Source: Candidatus Levyibacteriota bacterium (GTDB lineage: Bacteria > Patescibacteriota > Microgenomatia > Levybacterales > UBA12049). Taken from it: a stretch of DNA of 64,000 nt. The notes beneath the pieces were generated by a model. That model was not told where the DNA came from. It saw only the letters and a program-made list of their open reading frames with translations, and made no database searches. Shown here one piece after another: positions 9,521 to 17,478 of the stretch; positions within the stretch are counted from its first letter, which is position 1; each line of letters begins with the position of its first letter. The stretch is from positions 532 through 64,531 of the forward strand of contig JBPOIT010000008.1 in NCBI GenBank assembly GCA_052034235.1. The letters run 5' to 3'. The translations under genes and the position numbers were made by a program.

Positions 9521-10966
9521 ATGAAAAAGAAAGCTACTAAAAAAGTGAAAAGAATTAATAAAAAGAAAAATAACCGCTTTTTACCCATACTCTTTTTTGC
9601 ACTAGGCATAGTTGCAATAATTTCCACAGTTTACATCGTCACAACACAATGGACTGAACTCCGTTCTCGAGCTCAAACCTCGAAAGGTTGGCTTTCTGGA
9701 TCAAGTGACATTGCCGGAGAAATTGATGGCAAGCCTGAACCTGAAATGCACTGGCAAAAATTCGAAGCTTGGAGAGGTTCGCCTGTAACCATCGCAGGAA
9801 CATGGAGTGATGCAACAGCGGGCGATCAAGAAAACATGTGGGCTTACAATAATTATAAAGATTTTCCGCACAGTTTAGATCTTTCAGTTGGTGCATATTA
9901 TGACGGTGAATCCTTCGCAGCTATTGCAAATGGCAGTTTAGATACAAGACTTAAAAAAGCCCTCGCAAATGTTGATGCTAATTGGAATAGTAAGCCAATA
10001 ATTTTCCTGCGGTTTGCACATGAATTCAATGGCAGTTGGTATCGATGGTCAGTAAAAAGTTCCAATGTCGAAGATTATAAGAAGGCTTTTCAACATTTTC
10101 ACGCTTTGGTCCAGTCTGAACTTATCGCTAAAGGCAGGAATGCAAAAGTTGTATGGAGCCCAAATGATGGCAATCACAGTGATATAGCAATCCAGCAAAT
10201 GTGGCCAGGAGATCAATATGTCGATGTCATCGGAGTTGATTCGTATGATTGGGATCCACAAAGAAACGAATCAAACTGGGAAACTGCAGCAAATGCTATG
10301 GAAGGTGATGGCAGTCCAAGGGGTATTGAATCATGGAGAAAATTTGCCGAGTCAAAAGGGAAACCAATTTCTTTTCCTGAATGGGGATGTAATCCTGATA
10401 AAACAACTCCTCCAGTTGATTGTCCTTTTTATATCCAAAAAATGAATGACTATTTCAGAACTCACGCTGGAACTACAGCAGGGAAAGTATGGTATGAAAT
10501 ATATTTCAATAGTTATGTTGAGAAGACAAGAATCTTTCCAACAACGAAAGTTCCGCAGGCTGCTGCCATGTATCAAAGTCTGAAATGGGGAGATGGCGGC
10601 GTTGTCACAAATCCTTCAACGACACTTCCGAGCACAAACACACCTTCGCAAGCTTTCATAAGCGTATCTCCGCCATTTGTTTGCGGCGGTTCTCAGTACT
10701 GCGTACCTTCAACAACGGTACCTCCAGAAAATCCAGGAACAAATCCTCCTGTAGATATTTCACAAACGGTCAATCCAAGTGGTGTCGTTGAAAACCCGCA
10801 GGAGAATCCTGATGGTAATGATGACGAAGATAACAATGACAATGACGGAGATAATAACGGTAATGACAATGGTAACAATCACGGCGACGGCAAAGGCCTC
10901 TTCGATCTTTTACTTGAACTCTTCAGACTTATCATCGAATTCTTCATGAAACTCTTCGGAAAATAA
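9521..10966 (+). CDS. secreted/membrane-anchored GH26-like (clan GH-A) glycoside hydrolase with Asp/Asn/Gly-rich C-terminal tail
   Basis: N-terminal signal anchor. Motifs FLRFAHEFNGSWYRW (candidate acid/base Glu), WPGDQYVDVIGVDSYD and FPEWG (candidate nucleophile Glu). Low-complexity NDNDGDNNGND tail. Paralog of the ORF at 17479..19332. Confidence 0.55.
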   Translation: MKKKATKKVKRINKKKNNRFLPILFFALGIVAIISTVYIVTTQWTELRSRAQTSKGWLSGSSDIAGEIDGKPEPEMHWQKFEAWRGSPVTIAGTWSDATAGDQENMWAYNNYKDFPHSLDLSVGAYYDGESFAAIANGSLDTRLKKALANVDANWNSKPIIFLRFAHEFNGSWYRWSVKSSNVEDYKKAFQHFHALVQSELIAKGRNAKVVWSPNDGNHSDIAIQQMWPGDQYVDVIGVDSYDWDPQRNESNWETAANAMEGDGSPRGIESWRKFAESKGKPISFPEWGCNPDKTTPPVDCPFYIQKMNDYFRTHAGTTAGKVWYEIYFNSYVEKTRIFPTTKVPQAAAMYQSLKWGDGGVVTNPSTTLPSTNTPSQAFISVSPPFVCGGSQYCVPSTTVPPENPGTNPPVDISQTVNPSGVVENPQENPDGNDDEDNNDNDGDNNGNDNGNNHGDGKGLFDLLLELFRLIIEFFMKLFGK

Positions 10967-11065
10967 CCACAGCCGATAAACCTACAATTTATTACTTTCA
11001 CTATTCTTACACCCTTCATATAGAAACTATTTTTACCTCAGCTATACTGATAAAAGGTAAAGGAG

Positions 11066-11362
11066 GTGAATATTATGATAAATAAAATTAAAAAAGGTAA
11101 AGCCACACATGTCCGACCAGTCGTTGCTGCTATAACTGGAGCAGTTATTGGCGCAGGGGTGGCTATTGCAGGTGCTGCTGTTATGAAAGACGAAAAGAAT
11201 CGCGAAAAGGCTAAAAAAGCATTTAACAATGTTAAAGGCCAAGCCGCTGAATATATTGAGGATCTACAAAAACAAACGCAAGATCAAAAAGCTAAAGCGG
11301 AAGATAAACTCGCTGACAGTAAGAAACAGTTGGAAAATGCTGTAAATAATGGTAATAAGTAG
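11066..11362 (+). CDS. small YtxH-like membrane-anchored protein
   Basis: Strong SD (AAAGGAGGTG) 8 nt upstream. One TM helix (VVAAITGAVIGAGVAIAGAAV) followed by a charged coiled tail. Confidence 0.5.
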   Translation: MNIMINKIKKGKATHVRPVVAAITGAVIGAGVAIAGAAVMKDEKNREKAKKAFNNVKGQAAEYIEDLQKQTQDQKAKAEDKLADSKKQLENAVNNGNK

Positions 11363-11378
11363 CGATTATGCTTAGGAT

Positions 11379-11828
11379 TTATCTTTCGAGCCTTTTTTTT
11401 AGTTCATCTATGACAGCTTTTTGCCAGTATTTCATAGAAAACCACCCAATCAGTGGTCGTGCAATTACACGAAGCCAGCGTTTATGAATGGTAACTTGAT
11501 AAGTGTAATCGATCATGGTTCCTTCTGGGCATTCAGAAAGCAATAATTCTTCATGTCCAGAAGTTCCAAATTTAGGGCTATCATTATCCGAAATGAAACC
11601 CTTTCCTGGGAGTATCTGCGTCTTCATTTTTACCGGAAATTTTTGTCCGAACGATTTAACTATCGCATCCATTTCCAAATTATCTCCTTCTTGCGTTACA
11701 ACTCGAAGAGATGCTGCTACCTTTGGAAAATACTCTGGCCATTTTTTAAAATCAGTCATTATGGTAAATACCTTCGCTTGCGGAGCCCTGATAAGCCACT
11801 TGGCATGGAGAGTAATATTTTCTTTCAT
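11379..11828 (-). CDS. SRPBCC (START / polyketide-cyclase-like) family protein
   Basis: 149 aa; N-terminal pattern AKWLIRAPQAKVFTIMTDFKKWPEYFP is typical of SRPBCC ligand-binding proteins. Confidence 0.55.
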   Translation of the reverse strand: MKENITLHAKWLIRAPQAKVFTIMTDFKKWPEYFPKVAASLRVVTQEGDNLEMDAIVKSFGQKFPVKMKTQILPGKGFISDNDSPKFGTSGHEELLLSECPEGTMIDYTYQVTIHKRWLRVIARPLIGWFSMKYWQKAVIDELKKRLER

Positions 11829-11973
11829 GATAAATTTTTTCTTATATCATGTTAATTGTAGCAGATGAGATTTTAAGGCTACACTATGGCTAAAAGAGGT
11901 AAAGGTGACCGCTTGATACAATATGACGATAAGATAACTACCGAGTCTTGATGAAATTGGAAACTTTTTAAGC

Positions 11974-12568
11974 TTATGCTAACCAATCTTCTTTCGTCAA
12001 TTTATAAGTGTCATACCATGTTGACTCTCCAAGGTCAGGACCGTCATAATCTTCACGACCATATTGTTTAAAACTTGCATTCACAAGTACTGCAATTGAG
12101 CCTTTATTTTTGAGGCACGACTCTCGATTTAATAATCTCATAACCATTTTTTGAAAACGCCCATAGTAATACAACTTTTACAAGTGCGCTGGTTATGCCT
12201 TTACCCCACATATTTTTCTCTCCAATAATATAATTCAAGCACCCTGCTTTAACCCCAAATTCATTGGAGGTATCTTTTATATCGCTAATATTTATATTTC
12301 CAATAACTGTCCCATCACATTCAATAATCCAATTATATCCATCTATATTTCCCAAAATTTCTTTTAATCTATCCTTTTCACCTTCTAAAGAAACATCTGA
12401 AAAATCTGCACCTACATATTTGCCAACTTCATTGTCACTAACCCAATCAAGACTTTCCTTTGCGTATGCAATATCGGGTGTGAGTAATCGGAGTTTATGA
12501 AGTGAGTATTCAGGAACTGATAATTCTACATAACCTGGATGCGTATCGATATATTTTTGCTTATCCAT
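11974..12568 (-). pseudogene. GNAT family N-acetyltransferase interrupted by a frameshift at a T5/A5 homopolymer (about 12107-12111)
   Basis: GNAT motifs continue across two frames. Track ORF 12104..12763 ends ...KNGYEIIKSRVVPQK*. Track ORF 11974..12174 continues ...NKGSIAVLVNASFKQYGRE, the expected N..SI.V.EK.GF segment. Removing one A from the minus-strand CAAAAATAAAGG run joins them. Confidence 0.55.
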
Positions 12569-12689
12569 ACAAGAAGTATAGCAAATGAAGGTTTGGAAAA
12601 CTAAAAGTTCTACTGCTAGAGAGCCTTGACGATATTGGAACTTTTTTCTCTCAGAAAAAATTGCATTTGTATACTTTTGATCAAATTCT

Positions 12690-13547
12690 TTAATCTGCTT
12701 TAGGAATAAGATAGTCAGATACAGGTTCATCACCAGGTGGAAAAACTGTATTAAGTAATTCAATTAATTCATACTCATATTCTTTACCTTTAACGTGAAT
12801 ATAAATTGGAGATATCCGCATTTTCTCTTTATTCAAAATATAAAAGTAAACTAATACTGCACCTATAGAACTGCGTGAAAGTTCTCTATAGACTACCTCA
12901 ATTAACTCATCTTCTGTAGGTAGAGAATTCATTAAACCGAGATTATGCATAATATTTGTAATATTTATAACTACCGCCGTTTTTTTATCGTAATGTGGAT
13001 TAGAAAGTTTAGAGTTTAGAACCTCTGAAAGCTTATCTAAACTAATTACTTTTTTATTATATGTATATACATGGGCACTAGTGCATTCTATTTGAAGTTC
13101 TTTACCTTTAAATCTAATTAAATAATCCGGTGTTTCTCTTTTTTCAAATTCTATACTATATTTTATTAGTTGTGAGGCTACATGAACTTCGCAACGAAAG
13201 CCATAGTATTTAGTCTCTGTAATTTGATTATGTTGTAATAGGTCTACGTTCTTTGATCTCTTAACATTAGCGTATGCTTTATGCAACAGAGCGAGTTTTT
13301 TGACAATAGAGGGATCTTTATCATAAATAAGTTTTAATTCATCATTCAATGCAGAAATTAATGTAAACGACCATTCAAGTTCTTGAAATTTGTGTTTATT
13401 ATTTAATTCTATTAATTCGTGCAGATGCCTACCTACCATACTCCCTTGTCTATAGTGAGGAATAAAATTCTCTCCTAAATATTTACTTAAACTAGAAGAA
13501 ACTTTCGCTAAAGTACTGATAAAAGCCATCGAGTCAAAATAAGTCAT
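12690..13547 (-). CDS. hypothetical protein, 285 aa, immediately downstream of the OLD-family nuclease gene
   Basis: Strongly AT-rich gene on the same strand, 117 bp after the OLD-like gene. No recognisable domain. A possible but unconvincing PD...E motif (TPDYLIRFKGKELQIECTS). Confidence 0.5.
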   Translation of the reverse strand: MTYFDSMAFISTLAKVSSSLSKYLGENFIPHYRQGSMVGRHLHELIELNNKHKFQELEWSFTLISALNDELKLIYDKDPSIVKKLALLHKAYANVKRSKNVDLLQHNQITETKYYGFRCEVHVASQLIKYSIEFEKRETPDYLIRFKGKELQIECTSAHVYTYNKKVISLDKLSEVLNSKLSNPHYDKKTAVVINITNIMHNLGLMNSLPTEDELIEVVYRELSRSSIGAVLVYFYILNKEKMRISPIYIHVKGKEYEYELIELLNTVFPPGDEPVSDYLIPKAD

Positions 13548-13664
13548 TTTAATTATTAATATTTTTCTTATTAGCTACTTTTTATACTCTTCAAATTAAG
13601 TAAATCAAGAATAAACGTCAAACCCTAATAAAAGTGAAATTGCCGCTTGAATTTTCTTATGCCA

Positions 13665-15686
13665 TTAAGTTGAATTTAAAATTGAAATAAAATATTGACA
13701 AAGATAATTAGGAATATCATCATATTTAATTTTCTTACTAACATCAATTGCATTTTTAACTTTATTTACTCTGCTTGAATTTAAATTAGGAAATATATTC
13801 TCTAAAACACCTTCTTCGAGTATAAGTATTTTTTCTTCTTTACTAATTTCTTTAAATATATTCAATAATTCATCACTAATAGTAATCGGTGTATTTAACT
13901 GCGTTGCTCTTTCTGTGATTATATATTCAGCTATATCATTCATCTCTTTATTAAATTTTCGTGAGGTCATATTATTTTTATTCTTAATCAAATCAACTAC
14001 GGAGAGTGCATCTCTTCCATTAGTTTTACATAATATTTTTTTTAATTTATTTTCGGAAAATGTAAGTAGTTGGGAAATTTCAGAACTACCAGTTTCAATT
14101 TTGAGTCTTATCGCTTCATTATTTATTAAACGAGCTCTATCTTTACGAATTTCTCTAATATAATCTAAATCAGCAATTATAAAATTCGTTATCTTCCATT
14201 GATCTAATAATTCACGAAAACGATATAGGTTGTATTTGCTTCCTGCCTCAACTATTTCTACTTCTGCATCTGAACTAATTTCTTTTTTAATAATTTCTAA
14301 AATTTTGCTATACATTATTAAGTCTGATAGTCCTTCAACTAGTAATACTTTTTGTGTAAAGAATATTTTTTCATTATTTGTAGTATTAATATATTGAATT
14401 AGATCTTTTAGGTCTGTACTTTCAATTGATGCGTCTGGTTTTATTATATTGCTAATATTATCTTGCATATAAACCCTATAAACCTTTGCTAAAGTAGTAG
14501 TATTAATAAATTTAGGAGAATGTGTAACTATAAAGAATTGGATTTTGAATTCTTTACTCAATTCATCTATAAGCTCTATAATTACTTGTTGCCATTGAAA
14601 ATGCAGATGTAATTCTGGTTCATCTAATAATACGATGCCATTTTTGACTCCAGTTAATATTAAGCCACTAATTAAATTAAAGAGTTCTTTTTCTCCTGAG
14701 CTTAGCTTCATTGGAATTCCTGAAACTCTATAAAAATCCAGCTTGTACATATATTTATTTGGGTGGTTAATCTTGCTAACTGTGAAATTAACTTTTAAAT
14801 ACTTTAATAAATACTTTTTATAAGAATCTAGTAATTTAGATTTATGGTTCTTAAATAAATAAGCTAATTTTATAAATGAAGTATCTACAAAGGAAGTACC
14901 TATATCCCTGTTTTGGTTTATACTTTTTGCAAAATTATCTTCATAATTGGATAAGGCGCTTAAATCAATAATATTTGATGGTGAAGGTTGTGTTATCACT
15001 CTTTGAGGACCAAAATAACGTGTTACAGGATTTATGTCTAAATCAGGTATTAATATAGAAAGCTCATGAAATATATTAATATGCTTAAAAATTTCAAATA
15101 ATTTCTGTGATTTTAATAATTGCTCTGCATTAAAATTAGAGGAATCATTAATACTAAGATTAAAGGATTCATTCGCATGTAAAACTAAATTAAAGTCTTT
15201 TTCTATAAACTCACTAAAGCTAATTTCAGCTGGTATTCCATTCAATAATTCAATTAACTCTTGAGAATTGGCTACTGAAGCATATAAAAATTCTGCTATC
15301 TTTTCTTTTTTTAATATAATCTTATTAATAGTAGAAATATCTCTTCTAGATAATGATACTGTTAAAATAACACTTGAAGGCTCATTAGTATGCTCAAAAT
15401 GCTTATCTAATATGTTATTAATTAAATTGAATTGATCATGCTGATCAAAAGCTATGCTAAATAACTTATTTGAATCCGGATGGTTCATTTGTCTAAAATT
15501 CTGATTATTCTGAACCGTTACATGTTTAAACAGCACTGTATTAATAACCCCCTGAATAATTTCAAATAAATTTGTTTTCCCTCCAGAATTAGTTCCAACG
15601 AAAATATTTGTATCCATTTCAAATGAAATAATTTCCTCTGGATAATAACTCTTAATATTTTTGATTATTGCCTGACTTAAAATCAT
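13665..15686 (-). CDS. OLD-family ATP-dependent endonuclease (ABC-type ATPase + TOPRIM)
   Basis: Walker A GTNSGGKT, signature-like LSSGEKE, Walker B VLLDEPELHLH, H-loop VTHSP. C-terminal TOPRIM (LLVEGLSDL glutamate motif and IIADLD DxD motif). Very AT-rich. Confidence 0.75.
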   Translation of the reverse strand: MILSQAIIKNIKSYYPEEIISFEMDTNIFVGTNSGGKTNLFEIIQGVINTVLFKHVTVQNNQNFRQMNHPDSNKLFSIAFDQHDQFNLINNILDKHFEHTNEPSSVILTVSLSRRDISTINKIILKKEKIAEFLYASVANSQELIELLNGIPAEISFSEFIEKDFNLVLHANESFNLSINDSSNFNAEQLLKSQKLFEIFKHINIFHELSILIPDLDINPVTRYFGPQRVITQPSPSNIIDLSALSNYEDNFAKSINQNRDIGTSFVDTSFIKLAYLFKNHKSKLLDSYKKYLLKYLKVNFTVSKINHPNKYMYKLDFYRVSGIPMKLSSGEKELFNLISGLILTGVKNGIVLLDEPELHLHFQWQQVIIELIDELSKEFKIQFFIVTHSPKFINTTTLAKVYRVYMQDNISNIIKPDASIESTDLKDLIQYINTTNNEKIFFTQKVLLVEGLSDLIMYSKILEIIKKEISSDAEVEIVEAGSKYNLYRFRELLDQWKITNFIIADLDYIREIRKDRARLINNEAIRLKIETGSSEISQLLTFSENKLKKILCKTNGRDALSVVDLIKNKNNMTSRKFNKEMNDIAEYIITERATQLNTPITISDELLNIFKEISKEEKILILEEGVLENIFPNLNSSRVNKVKNAIDVSKKIKYDDIPNYLCQYFISILNST

Positions 15687-16268
15687 AAACGTAATTATAC
15701 TCCAGTATATTGACTATTACTATTTAAAATACTAAATTATTGTAAATCTTGTTTTTATAAGATATTTAGCACTTTTAAATTAAAAAATAATGAAGTGGAG
15801 GCTACCCCGAAACAGCCTCTTGTAGTCAAATAACATTCACTACGTAATGTAAGCAAAGGGACTTAAAGAATCTTTATGCAATAATAATGCTTAAAGTGTA
15901 AGCGCAAACCCTGTAAGACTATCGTAGAATAACGTATTCACTACAAAATACCTCCTAGGGGCATAACGAAAATCTTCAAAAATAATTATTTCTAATTATT
16001 TTTCGTTATGTCATACCACGTTTTAGATAACTCCAAAAAAACTAAATTACAAAAGTATCTTAAAAAAGCGTTCAGTCGTGAATTTTCTGATGTGGAAATT
16101 TTAGAAATTGAAAATTCTCTATATTTCTTTGCTAGAGTAAAAAATGAATACCTCAAATATAAGAAACGGGTTAGTCATGAAGAATAGTGAAGGGCTGACG
16201 GGCGTCAGCCAGTCGCCCCGCTTATTATACTTAAAAAAGTGGCTAAAAAACCTACTATTGATAACTTG

Positions 16269-16339
16269 CTACCGAGCCTGGATTCGAACCAGAATAAACA
16301 GCTCCAAAGGCTGTTGTCCTACCGTTAGACGACTCGGTA
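16269..16339 (-). tRNA. tRNA-Gln (anticodon UUG)
   Basis: Cloverleaf folded by hand: acceptor UACCGAG/CUCGGUA with U1-A72 and G73 (typical of bacterial tRNA-Gln), anticodon stem ACAGC/GCUGU, loop CUUUGGA, T-arm GGTTCGAATCC. CCA not encoded. Confidence 0.75.
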
Positions 16340-16474
16340 ATTTTATCTATCCATTAGGGACAGAGTACATTTTACTAAAAATATAGCTAAAAAGCCAATC
16401 TGTAAACACATTCTTATTTCTTTCATATTGAATTTTTTTCCAAATTACTGATTTGTTATAATTGCTATCATTTT

Positions 16475-17320
16475 ATGATTATCTCAGAAAAGTATCGATG
16501 GAAAAAATTATTAGCTGTATCTGATGTTGCTACTGTAAATTTATATGCAGATCAGGCTGGAGGGGAAGTAGCGATAAAAGTAGCAAAGCGCTATTTCGAA
16601 GATTATATAGGCATTGAAGCAGGTGTCCTTAGCCGTCTAAATCACCCCTCAATAGTGAAATTTATAGAAACAGGTTTGTCAGAGGAGAGTAGACCAGCTT
16701 TGGTCACACGCTTTGTTTCATCAATTGGCTATGAAAGACTTCTTTCTTTACCGGTCGACGACGCGATTACGGTAATTGAGAATGCTGCAAATGGTCTTCA
16801 GGTCGTCCATGATAGTGGCATTGTGCACAGAGATATAAAGCCATCAAATTTTGCTGTACAACCAAACAAAGAAGTGACACTGTTAGATTTTGCGACATGT
16901 GCTCCAGCACCAGACGCATTAGATTTTAGACATAAATCAATACCCAACAGAGCAATTGGCACACCTGATTATATGTCTGCTGAAGCAATGGCTGGGCAGA
17001 TTTCACCTTCAGGCGATGTCTATTCCCTTGGAGTAGTAGCTTATGAATTTCTGACACGTTCACGTGCTAATAGAGTATCTCCTGGGAGTCCTATACAAAA
17101 GTATATTGCATCACACCAAGCAATCAGTCCACAGACTTACGAGCGAGATTTGGGCAGCAGACGAACAACAATATATGATGCCTTACAACACCCACTTTGG
17201 TCAGCACTTAAATTCGCCGACCAAAACCGTCCAAGTGCTGCTGCATTTGGGGCAGCAATGAGAGAAACCTATGAACAGGCAGCTGCAGAAAGCAGACGAT
17301 CTAGACAGATTGTTCTGTAA
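16475..17320 (+). CDS. stand-alone Hanks-type Ser/Thr protein kinase
   Basis: VAIK lysine (EVAIKVAK), catalytic loop HRDIKPSN, DFA (DFG-like) and TPDYMSAE (APE-like) motifs. 281 aa with no extra domains. Confidence 0.75.
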   Translation: MIISEKYRWKKLLAVSDVATVNLYADQAGGEVAIKVAKRYFEDYIGIEAGVLSRLNHPSIVKFIETGLSEESRPALVTRFVSSIGYERLLSLPVDDAITVIENAANGLQVVHDSGIVHRDIKPSNFAVQPNKEVTLLDFATCAPAPDALDFRHKSIPNRAIGTPDYMSAEAMAGQISPSGDVYSLGVVAYEFLTRSRANRVSPGSPIQKYIASHQAISPQTYERDLGSRRTTIYDALQHPLWSALKFADQNRPSAAAFGAAMRETYEQAAAESRRSRQIVL

Positions 17321-17478
17321 ATCCAAAAACAATAATTTATTCTAGAAATTTTATACGCTCATGTAAATAACTACTTCGAGGGTTGATTGTGCAATTGAAA
17401 GAATAGCTAGATAATTTTTCAGCAAATTTAAATATATATTGACATTACGATAAAATCAATCATATACTAGATGAGTTC

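Noticed and set aside
12690-13547. Calling the 285-aa island protein a PD-(D/E)xK nuclease on the basis of TPDYLI...ELQIECT.
   Set aside because: The spacing and residues do not fit the motif: E-x-T rather than E-x-K, with no upstream acidic residue in the right context. Left as an unknown.
16144-16386. 80-aa ORF overlapping tRNA-Gln.
   Set aside because: It overlaps a well-folded tRNA on the opposite strand and has no coding features. Spurious.
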